Part shown: piece by piece, positions 28,264 to 36,253 of the stretch
Position numbering within the stretch: the stretch's first letter is position 1
How the letters are laid out: every line of letters begins with the position of its first letter
Virus record (IMG/VR): IMGVR_UViG_3300025786_000100
DNA from: an uncultured virus (IMG/VR IMGVR_UViG_3300025786_000100)
Lineage: Duplodnaviria > Heunggongvirae > Uroviricota > Caudoviricetes
Direction: 5' to 3' (one strand)
Length of the DNA: 64,000 nt
Translations under genes and position numbers: made by a program
The notes under the pieces: model-generated
The model's database searches: none
Seen by the model: only the letters and a program-made list of their open reading frames with translations
What the model was told of the DNA's origin: nothing

Positions 28264-29598
28264 TCAACGGCCTCCCGTGCCGTCGCCGACGCCGGCGGTC
28301 TTGGCGGCGCTCACGTCCACGGGCGGCGGCTGGTTGGAGGTCCCGTCGCTCCAGGCCGTGACGGTATCCTCCGTCTCGACCTTGTAGGAGAAGGTCTGTC
28401 CGTCAGCCGGAAAGGGCAGGGTTCCCGCCCCGACGCGGTTGGAGACGTTGTCTGCCGAGTCGTCAAAGCTCACAGTCCCAGACCCCTTGGCGATGAGCGT
28501 CGAGTTGGCCTTGACCGCGGTGTTGGGATCGAAGCTGGAGCCGTCCGAGCGGTAGATGTTGTAGCCGTTCGCGTTCGGATCGATCGCCGCGGCCCAGGAC
28601 ACCACGACCTTGTCGGTCGACACCTGCGTGCTCAGCGCCTGCGGGACCGTGGTGACGGTCTCCACAAACACCAGGTGCAGGTTGGCGGTCATGACCTCGC
28701 TGGTGAGGTTCGAGACGTTGCCGCTCGAATCCACCGCGAAGAGGTAATAGGTGAAGTCCTTGCCGTTGTCGGCGTCGGCGAGCGCCTGGTCCTGCTTGGA
28801 GGTCGCCGTTCCCAGGATCGCCGCATCGACGGTCTGGACCCCGGCGAAGGCCAGGACATCGGCCTTAGTCGGGTTGGCGACCGGCGCGTTGCCCGGCACG
28901 CGGTAGAGCTCGTAATGGTCGAGGTCCTGGAGCGTGGTCTGGTACTTGATGACGATCTTGCTGCCCGCGGTGAACTGCGTGCCGATCTCGGTCAGGACGC
29001 CGGTGGGCAGGTCGAGGTTGTAGTCGGTTCCCGAGACCTTCGTGGTCACGACCGCCTGTTTGACCGAGGCGCCCGCCGCGTGGTCGAAGAACAATCCGTT
29101 CTCGAGGATGGTCTCGCCGGTCCCAGTATTGATGGACTTGATCTGCGCGTACTCTTCCTTACCGGCGACGGTATCATCGATGACGAGCCAGGCCCCGGCG
29201 ACGATCTCAGCTGGGATCGGCGTCGCGAGGTTGATCTTTCGCTGGCCATGGCCGGTACTAGCCCCCAGCGTGGTGGAACCCGGGCCGGTGCCGGTTCGCT
29301 CCAGGACCGTGAAGCTGCCCGCCTCGATGGGATCAAACTGCGCCTCATGGGAGGCCCCGTCCACGCCCTCGGCCACATCGGCGGTATCGTCGGGGTTCTT
29401 GAACAGCTCGCCACCGATCACCTCGTTCTTGGTCGGCGCGGCCCAGTTGAGGGTGATGCGCGTCTTGCCCTTGGGGGTCGGCCCATCGACGATGGAGGTC
29501 GCCTGGATGAGGCCGAGGATCGGCGGCAGGGGTGCGAGGATGTCCGCCGCGAGGGAGCCTACGACCTGCTCTGAAAGTTGTGATTCGATTGTGGCCAT
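28264..29598 (-). CDS. Structural protein with FN3-like domains
   Basis: LNWAAP, YELYR, YYLFAVDSSGNVS, VSWAA..GYNIYRS. Confidence 0.7.
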   Translation of the reverse strand: MATIESQLSEQVVGSLAADILAPLPPILGLIQATSIVDGPTPKGKTRITLNWAAPTKNEVIGGELFKNPDDTADVAEGVDGASHEAQFDPIEAGSFTVLERTGTGPGSTTLGASTGHGQRKINLATPIPAEIVAGAWLVIDDTVAGKEEYAQIKSINTGTGETILENGLFFDHAAGASVKQAVVTTKVSGTDYNLDLPTGVLTEIGTQFTAGSKIVIKYQTTLQDLDHYELYRVPGNAPVANPTKADVLAFAGVQTVDAAILGTATSKQDQALADADNGKDFTYYLFAVDSSGNVSNLTSEVMTANLHLVFVETVTTVPQALSTQVSTDKVVVSWAAAIDPNANGYNIYRSDGSSFDPNTAVKANSTLIAKGSGTVSFDDSADNVSNRVGAGTLPFPADGQTFSYKVETEDTVTAWSDGTSNQPPPVDVSAAKTAGVGDGTGGR

Positions 29599-29615
29599 GG
29601 TTTACGTCCTCCTTT

Positions 29616-30749
29616 CTATGCCAATCTCAACAACTGCAACCGACTGTTCGCTCCCAACGTGCCGGCCGTGACGGCGGCAATCTGGATGCTGGTGATGTCT
29701 GCGATCAACTCAAACAGCAGGCTGTGTTGGTACATGATGGGTGGCTGCGGAAATCCACGCGTTGCGGTTTGCCCCCGGCTGTGCGCCATGCAGCCGCCGT
29801 ACACATCGGAACCCGCGACGCCGGCGGGCTGGAGGATGATGTCGAAATTTCCGGAGCCGCCCCCGCCCTTGCAGAAGCCGATGACGCCCACGCCGGAGCC
29901 GATGGCGCGCTGGGCGGTGATGGCGGTGCCGTCGACCTTAAGTTCCTGCCAACCGTATTCGTTTGATCCCGCTCCATTGAGGATGAGCTTGATCTGGGTA
30001 TCGTTCAGAGTGGGATTAATCCACTGGAGGGTGATGCGCCACACCCTGTCGGTGGTGAGGTTGAGCCCGGAAAGGAGCGGAAAGCTGTTGCTGTCTGAGG
30101 GGACAATGTCTGCCACCTTGACCCACGCACCTCCTCCTCCCGCGGCCGCGATCTCAAGCTCATTGGTACCGGGAAGCTGGGTCAAGGTGACATTCGCGCC
30201 GGGCTTGAACTTCACATCGCCCCGAAGGGGCGCGGCCTCTCCGGTCGCGCGCAGACCTGTCACCGAGGTGCGGGCCGTATTGGCGGCGGGGACATTCTGC
30301 CCGATCGCGACCGCGGTGTTGCCGTCATCGGTGTGGGTGATCGTCGCGCCGCCGGTCTTTTCGAGCAAGAACTCTTCGGCCCCGCTCGCGGTTCCTTTAT
30401 AGACGCGGTAGCCGCTCGCGCCCTCGACCGCCTCCCACTCGATGATGACGGGAACAGGCGTCGCCCCCTGGGTAGCGGCGGCCTCGACAACGGTGGGGAT
30501 CTTCCCCTCGGTGCTCTCGCCCACCGCGTTGATAGCGGTGACCTTGTAAAAATAGGTGGTGCTGCCGGCCAGCTCGGCCCCGACCGCGCCGGAGCCCAGG
30601 ACGGCGATGAGCGTCCGGGGCGGGCGCAGCGTCTCGCGCTGGGCGTGCTCATCGAGGACATCCAGGCCCTCGTTGTAGTCCCCGCCCCAGTTGAGATCGC
30701 CGGTGTCGTGCTTTGGCAGCTTGTTCTTGCTTGTGTTCGTTCTGGCCAT
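29616..30749 (-). CDS. Fibre-like structural protein
   Basis: YFYKVTAINAVGES, WEAVEGASGYRVYKG; Gly linker then variable C-terminal domain. Confidence 0.65.
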   Translation of the reverse strand: MARTNTSKNKLPKHDTGDLNWGGDYNEGLDVLDEHAQRETLRPPRTLIAVLGSGAVGAELAGSTTYFYKVTAINAVGESTEGKIPTVVEAAATQGATPVPVIIEWEAVEGASGYRVYKGTASGAEEFLLEKTGGATITHTDDGNTAVAIGQNVPAANTARTSVTGLRATGEAAPLRGDVKFKPGANVTLTQLPGTNELEIAAAGGGGAWVKVADIVPSDSNSFPLLSGLNLTTDRVWRITLQWINPTLNDTQIKLILNGAGSNEYGWQELKVDGTAITAQRAIGSGVGVIGFCKGGGGSGNFDIILQPAGVAGSDVYGGCMAHSRGQTATRGFPQPPIMYQHSLLFELIADITSIQIAAVTAGTLGANSRLQLLRLA

Positions 30750-30758
30750 CAAAATCTC

Positions 30759-31181
30759 CTATCTGCCGAAGGCGTCGAGGCCTATCGCCGCCTCGCCCCA
30801 GCCGCGCCGCGGCGAGCCATGCGGCCGGCGACTGAACGGCGTCGCATCAAATCCCGTCGCGTCCCGCTCGCCGAACGGGGTCTTGCCGAACGGCGCGGTC
30901 CCAAAACCCCATTCCTCGACCGCGACGAGGGTGTAGTGCTGCGAGGCCCCGGCCCCCGGCGTGGTGTCGATGTACTGGAACACCGTCGGCCCCAAGACTT
31001 TCTCATCGGCAAGGCGCACGCCGATCTCATCCTTCGCCCCCGAACGGTACAGCCGAAAGCCCGTCAACCGGTGTCCGTCTTTCACCTCGGCCGGGTAATC
31101 CGCCCAGTCGAGCTTGACTTGACCGAGACTCGATTCCGAGACCCGGAAGTTGGGCGGGTTCGGCAGAGGAAACCTGGCCAT
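30759..31181 (-). CDS. FN3-like structural protein with G-F/W-G-x-x-P-F-G repeats
   Basis: PPNFRV..LDW..GFRLYRS; GFGTAPFGKTPFG. Confidence 0.6.
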   Translation of the reverse strand: MARFPLPNPPNFRVSESSLGQVKLDWADYPAEVKDGHRLTGFRLYRSGAKDEIGVRLADEKVLGPTVFQYIDTTPGAGASQHYTLVAVEEWGFGTAPFGKTPFGERDATGFDATPFSRRPHGSPRRGWGEAAIGLDAFGR

Positions 31182-31195
31182 CGCCGCCTACCTCC

Positions 31196-31534
31196 CTATG
31201 CGCCTCCCGACGGACTTCCCGGAGGCTGCTCCTCCGGCGCGGCGGCGGGGTCGGAGGACCCATCCACTGGGTTAGGGTTTGCGGGCGCGGGCGAAACCTC
31301 ATCGGTCGCCGGACTCGCGTCGTTTTCCTCCGCCTCGCCGCCCGCTGGAGGAGCCTCATCCTCTGTCGCGAGCTCGTAGCCCATCTTCACGAGCCGGTCA
31401 CGCATGGCGGGGGACTTCACAATGCAAAGCCCCCCGACCACGCGGACCTGTTCGTCGTAGCCGAACTCCCAGATGGGAGACTCGGGCGTGCCGAACGGCG
31501 GGCACAGCTTTCTGAGCTTTAATCCCTCAGCCAT
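31196..31534 (-). CDS. Hypothetical head-associated protein
   Basis: TAATG coupling to MCP; acidic Pro-rich tail. Confidence 0.6.
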   Translation of the reverse strand: MAEGLKLRKLCPPFGTPESPIWEFGYDEQVRVVGGLCIVKSPAMRDRLVKMGYELATEDEAPPAGGEAEENDASPATDEVSPAPANPNPVDGSSDPAAAPEEQPPGSPSGGA

Positions 31535-32439
31535 TAGACGAGGTTCAGTCCCTTGAGCCGGGCCGCCTTGAGCTCGTTTTTGATGACGAGAGTCTCGTCC
31601 TCGAACACGTCGAACTCGTTGCCCTGCGAGGACTTCTTCGCCAGGCGCTCCATCGTTAGCTCGGTGAGCACGCTGATGAACACCTCGGGGCCGCTCTCGA
31701 AGATGTAGAGCGACTGCGTGTCGTTCGCCGTGCCCTGCACCTCGTTGGCGGGCTGCCAGATCGTCCGGAAGATCGGGATGCCCTGGTAGGCCTGCAGGCG
31801 GAAGCCGCCCTTGACCTCGACGGTCTCGGTGAAGCGCTGCTGCGCCTGCAAGAGCGAGTTGAGCTTGCGGTGCATCGCCTTGGTCATGAGCAGCATGTTT
31901 GGATTGCCGATCACCTTGTCGATGGCCTCATCGAGGAGCTTGAGCGTCAGCGGCCCGCCGTTGGCCCCGGCCGAGATCTGCTGCCCGGCGGGGATGAGCT
32001 TGCGCAGGCCGCTGAACTCCTTGGGGTTGGTCGAGCCGTCGCCCACGATCAGGGCCTGCTCTTCCTTGTCGCGCACCGACTGGAGAGCCGACTCGATCTC
32101 CTCGGCCTCGATGTCGAGCAGGGTCTTGCCCTGCTTCTGAAGCCGCCGCGTGACCTTCCCGCGCTGGAGGATGGTCTTGTAGGTGAAGGACTTCTGGACG
32201 TAGGTCCCTTCCTGCTCGGTCGGCTCGTCGGTGTCGTCGACGAAGGCCGCCGATCCTCGCGCGGTGCGGGCGTTGTGGATGTAGGCCGAGCCCGACCCGG
32301 GCCGGCGGGGCAGGTTCTGCCGCAGCGGGTTGTTGCGCTCGATGATCTCCGCCAGCACCCGGTCGATCTGCGGTTGCTGGAGGATCGCTCCTACTCCCGC
32401 GACGTTGAGGGCCTTTTTGAGTTCTTCCAGATCGTTCAT
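31534..32439 (-). CDS. Major capsid protein (HK97 fold)
   Basis: Follows protease/scaffold; EQALIVGD..EFSGL, YQGIPI. Confidence 0.85.
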   Translation of the reverse strand: MNDLEELKKALNVAGVGAILQQPQIDRVLAEIIERNNPLRQNLPRRPGSGSAYIHNARTARGSAAFVDDTDEPTEQEGTYVQKSFTYKTILQRGKVTRRLQKQGKTLLDIEAEEIESALQSVRDKEEQALIVGDGSTNPKEFSGLRKLIPAGQQISAGANGGPLTLKLLDEAIDKVIGNPNMLLMTKAMHRKLNSLLQAQQRFTETVEVKGGFRLQAYQGIPIFRTIWQPANEVQGTANDTQSLYIFESGPEVFISVLTELTMERLAKKSSQGNEFDVFEDETLVIKNELKAARLKGLNLV

Positions 32440-32460
32440 GTTTTCATTCCTCCTTGCGTC

Positions 32461-33642
32461 CTAGGCGTCGCGGCGGCCGTGCTCGATGGTGAGCAGGGTC
32501 CGCAGCTTCGCGCTGGGTTCCAGCTTCTCGAACGCCTTGATGACTTCATCATCGCCGCCTCCGTCCGCGGGGCGGCCGATCGGGGCGAGCCCCTTTCGCA
32601 GCGTCGGGACCGCGTCCATGGCCTTCTTGAGCTGCTTCTCGACTTCTTGCTGGACCAGGGCTCCCACATCCTCCTTGGAAGCCATGGTGCCGTTGCCCGC
32701 GCCCGACGCGAGAGGTCCGTCCTCGCCAAGGAGGCGCATGAGCATTGCCTTGATCTCCCGGGCCTTGAGCTTCACTTCCTCGTTTGGCATGGCGATCAGC
32801 CGGTCCAAGAGTCCGAATGCCGGCGCGAGTTGCTGCGCCAGCACCTGGTGCAGAGCCTTCTCGATGCCGTCCGGGGATTCTTCGGGAGCCGCCGCGGGCG
32901 GGGCCTCGGCGGGGGGTGCGGGTTGCGGGGTAGCCGCCGGCGCGGGCTCTGCCGCCGGAGCTTGCGCTGCTTCCGGGGCGGCGGCCGGTTGGCCGGTGCT
33001 GGGCGTGGTGTCCTTGCCCTTGTCGGGCTCTGCCGCGGCCGCCGGAGCGTCCGCGCTTTGGGGAGGTGCCGCCCCGTCTGCGGGTTTGTCTTTGTCGTCC
33101 ATATCTGTGCCTCCTTCGGGATCTGGGTTGTCGGCCATGAGCGCCTTGGAGATGTACCAGCCTACGGCCTTGGCCTCGGGGTTCGCCGGAACGGAAACGA
33201 TCGACACCTCGGAGAGCGTCACGCGCTTAATGACATTGACCACGCGTTCTTCTTCCTTGAGCCACTTGCGCTCGCGCTCCAAGACCTGGCCGCGGATCGA
33301 AAACTTATTGAGCACGCCTTCTTTGATCTTCTGGATCACCTCGGGCTCGGTGGACGAGATCAGCGCGTCGATCAAGATTCCGCGTTTGTCGAACTTGACG
33401 CTCGTGACGCGGCCGATCGGGTGCTTGAGATCGTGGTTGAGAAGAACCGTGGAGTTCTTGAGGAGGTCGGCGGCCGCGGCCTTGAGCGCCTCACCGGTGA
33501 GGATGTCGCCCTGGCGGTCGAAGTCGACCGTGGCCGCATAGCCGACGATGTGGAACTCGCCCGCCTCGTCGCCCTGCTTGTAGATTTCAAGCGGGAAGGT
33601 GAAGGGGACTTCTCGTTTTAAGACGGCTGTTTGCGTTTCCAT
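32461..33642 (-). CDS. HK97-type prohead protease fused to scaffold
   Basis: GYAATVDFDRQGD, LLNHD..PIG, FSIRG, EVSIVSVPANP; Pro/Ala linker and helical tail. Confidence 0.9.
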   Translation of the reverse strand: METQTAVLKREVPFTFPLEIYKQGDEAGEFHIVGYAATVDFDRQGDILTGEALKAAAADLLKNSTVLLNHDLKHPIGRVTSVKFDKRGILIDALISSTEPEVIQKIKEGVLNKFSIRGQVLERERKWLKEEERVVNVIKRVTLSEVSIVSVPANPEAKAVGWYISKALMADNPDPEGGTDMDDKDKPADGAAPPQSADAPAAAAEPDKGKDTTPSTGQPAAAPEAAQAPAAEPAPAATPQPAPPAEAPPAAAPEESPDGIEKALHQVLAQQLAPAFGLLDRLIAMPNEEVKLKAREIKAMLMRLLGEDGPLASGAGNGTMASKEDVGALVQQEVEKQLKKAMDAVPTLRKGLAPIGRPADGGGDDEVIKAFEKLEPSAKLRTLLTIEHGRRDA

Positions 33643-33649
33643 GTTCTCC

Positions 33650-33700
33650 AAAACAAAAAGCGCTGTCGGCCGGGAGTTATCCCGTGCTCTGACAGCGCTT
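33650..33700 (-). terminator. Terminator/attenuator-like hairpin directly before the protease RBS
   Basis: AAGCGCTGTC...GACAGCGCTT stem followed by TTTGTTTT on the minus strand. Confidence 0.6.
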
Positions 33701-33724
33701 CGATTCCGCTCGACGGCGCTTAGA

Positions 33725-33904
33725 CTATCGGTCCGTTATTCGCAGAAGGTCCTGTGGCGTAAGCGTCTCCTGTTTCTTGATGCGCACGATCTGGCCGCCC
33801 TGGTAGTGCAGTTCGGCGGTGCCGAAGAAGCGGTCATGCTTGTTCCGCTGGTGAAATTTCCAGAGGGCTTCGTCCAGGGCTTTGTCGCGCGCTTCGTTCG
33901 TCAT
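33725..33904 (-). CDS. DUF2292/YezD-like small protein
   Basis: FFGTAELHYQGGQIVRIKKQET pattern. Confidence 0.6.
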   Translation of the reverse strand: MTNEARDKALDEALWKFHQRNKHDRFFGTAELHYQGGQIVRIKKQETLTPQDLLRITDR

Positions 33905-34142
33905 CCATTCAAGTTTAGTGGATGGCGGCGCGGGAGTCCATGCACAGGTTAACTTGTTGACAATCGAGATTTCAGGCAGGGCCTCACGCCACACGCGCTC
34001 GCCAGGTCTGCACAGGAGGGTGGCGGTAACAGCGGGGGTTGGCAACGATTTGTATAATCGCACAAAGGGCTGAGATGAAACGATTTATTGAACAAAAGCG
34101 TATGGGCTGCAATCTGAAGACATCCCAGGCGGAAAGAATCTC

Positions 34143-35531
34143 ATGAAAGTCCTGCTTGCTGTCATTTTGTTTGGTGTGCAATTGTCTCGGGCTGCAGATT
34201 TGGACAAAGCCTCGGCAGCGTATAGTGCGAAGGATTATGTGAGAGCGCGGGAATTATTCCTGGTCGCGGCGGAGAACGGGAATGCCGAGGCGCAAAAAAG
34301 ACTTGGGAATATGTATTTTGATGGGGAAGGAGTTTCTAAGGATTATGGTAAAGCAATGTGGTGGTTCCGCAAGTCGGCCAAGCAAGGAAATGTCAAGGCA
34401 CAATTTAACCTCGGACTAATGTACGAGACGGCTCGGGGCGTCCCGCAGAACTACGGCGAAGCCGCCGACTGGTATCGAAAGGCGGCTGACCAAGGCGACA
34501 GCTATTCCCAGGTAAATCTTGGAAGGATGTATGCAAGGGGCAATGGGGTGCCACGAGATTTCGAGAAGGCAATACAGCTATGGCGCAAGCCAGCCGAACA
34601 AGGAGTTGCCCTGGCGCAATTTAATATGGGTGTCCAATTTGAGAAAGGGCAAGGGGTACCGCAGAGTTACTCTGACGCATTCAATTGGTATTTAAAGGCG
34701 GCAACGCAGGGCTTGCCTGAAGCGCAGTTCAATCTAGCGGCGTGCTATTACGATGGGAAGGGCGTAAAAACGGATTTGAATGAAGCATTGAAGTGGTTCC
34801 GCAAAGCGGCTGAACAGGGAGATGCTGACGCCCAACGCCATGTTGATTTGGTATCCCGGAAGATCGGGCAGACACGAAAGAACACAACAAAGGCAGGGGA
34901 GGTCTCACTATCTCAAGTAGGGGACTACATACTCGACTATCGCAAAGCAAAGGGTGTTGATAAGCTCGATAAGCTAACGTGGTTGTTGCACATCTATAAT
35001 GTCAAAAAGCTTGGGAGTGATGGAGTGGGGATATCTCCCGCATTAGGCCCACTTGAATTATATCGATACTTTAGTAAGCCCAAAAGGTATCGGGGACTTT
35101 TTGCAAGGACAAATATCAAGCAGACCCCCATAGGATACGGGGTACGTGTGCTTCACCCGCATTGGGAGGCTGGAAAATACAGATTCACTGCGAAGTTTTT
35201 TACAGACGATGCTACCGGGCTGAGCGCTGCGCTCCAAGGGAGGCATCCCGGTGGTCATGTGACGATGGCATACTTCATATCAAGCAAGGAGTTGCCGTCA
35301 AGACGCTTTTTTGAAATTTTTGGAGAATTTGTGGACAATCAGACTTTGACCACTCAGTACAATGAGAAAATTGAGTTGCCGGGTTTCACCATGCTGGCAG
35401 CAAGTGGATTTAACGGGTTTGATTTCGAGCCAGAAATCGCGAGAAAGCAACAAGAAATAGTGTTCGATGATGTTCAAATTGAGCGAGTGATTAAAAATCT
35501 AATCGCGATCTTTTCCACCGATCAGAAGTAA
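34143..35531 (+). CDS. Secreted Sel1-like repeat protein (moron)
   Basis: Signal peptide; ~5 AQFNLG.MY..G.GV..D...A..W.RKAA repeats; AT-rich; antisense to head operon. Confidence 0.9.
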   Translation: MKVLLAVILFGVQLSRAADLDKASAAYSAKDYVRARELFLVAAENGNAEAQKRLGNMYFDGEGVSKDYGKAMWWFRKSAKQGNVKAQFNLGLMYETARGVPQNYGEAADWYRKAADQGDSYSQVNLGRMYARGNGVPRDFEKAIQLWRKPAEQGVALAQFNMGVQFEKGQGVPQSYSDAFNWYLKAATQGLPEAQFNLAACYYDGKGVKTDLNEALKWFRKAAEQGDADAQRHVDLVSRKIGQTRKNTTKAGEVSLSQVGDYILDYRKAKGVDKLDKLTWLLHIYNVKKLGSDGVGISPALGPLELYRYFSKPKRYRGLFARTNIKQTPIGYGVRVLHPHWEAGKYRFTAKFFTDDATGLSAALQGRHPGGHVTMAYFISSKELPSRRFFEIFGEFVDNQTLTTQYNEKIELPGFTMLAASGFNGFDFEPEIARKQQEIVFDDVQIERVIKNLIAIFSTDQK

Positions 35532-35551
35532 TTTCTGGCAACGAAAATATG

Positions 35552-35714
35552 ATGTCAATCACCCGCGAAGCTATGTGACTCGTGCGGTTTCGGAAACAAA
35601 GCCTCCGAATGCGTGAAGTGTGGCCGTCCATTCGCGTCAGTGGCGGCGCAGCTCTGCTCGTCTTGTGGCTCTGGGAGTTCGAAATGCTCGCAATGTGATA
35701 AGCCAGTCTGGTGA
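35552..35714 (+). pseudogene. PHF5/Rds3-like Cys-rich microprotein with 1-bp frameshift after the start
   Basis: Frame 35553-35714 reads AKLCDSCGFGNKASECVKCG...LCSSCGSGSSKCSQCD; ATG 35552 is out of frame by 1. Confidence 0.55.
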
Positions 35715-36148
35715 CAGAGATGAGTAAGACTCATCAAAGGAATCTCATATCAATGGCTGCCACATATGGCACGGCTTCGGAGCTGTCTCGACGGGGCTTT
35801 AACGTTTGCCTCACAATGTCGAACACTTCGAAAGTCGATTTATTGTGTTCAGTCCCGGATGGGATGGCCTTCAAGGTCGAGGTCAAAGGCATCACCTACG
35901 CGGCCGGACTCCGAGTCCAGGACATATTCTTCGCAGGCGAGGCTCAAAACGACCTTTTTCTTGTGGTAGTCCACGTGCCGCCACCCGATAGTGAAGGTCA
36001 TTTGAGGTTTTTTATCCTGACACATAAGGAGGCGCAAGACGCATATCGTTCGCGTCCCGGATCCACGGGTCTGAACTGGGGCGATCTAAAGAATCATGAG
36101 CATCAATGGGCCAAGTTTCCAGCAATCCCAAGATCAAAGTCGGAATAA
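35711..36148 (+). CDS. PD-(D/E)xK nuclease-like protein
   Basis: SELSRRGF..NTSKVDLL..KVEVKG. Confidence 0.65.
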   Translation: MTEMSKTHQRNLISMAATYGTASELSRRGFNVCLTMSNTSKVDLLCSVPDGMAFKVEVKGITYAAGLRVQDIFFAGEAQNDLFLVVVHVPPPDSEGHLRFFILTHKEAQDAYRSRPGSTGLNWGDLKNHEHQWAKFPAIPRSKSE

Positions 36149-36253
36149 ACATCAACGGCTCGGTCTAACAACGGGTAGAACCGACGGACACCAGAGGAGG
36201 AAAGAGGCGTTGTCTCGATTGTATGCCGATACTTTGTCCAAGGAAGCGCCGCT

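Noticed and set aside
17391..30749. Diversity-generating retroelement or invertible tail-fibre cassette
   Set aside because: No reverse transcriptase, TR/VR pair or inverted gene fragments seen
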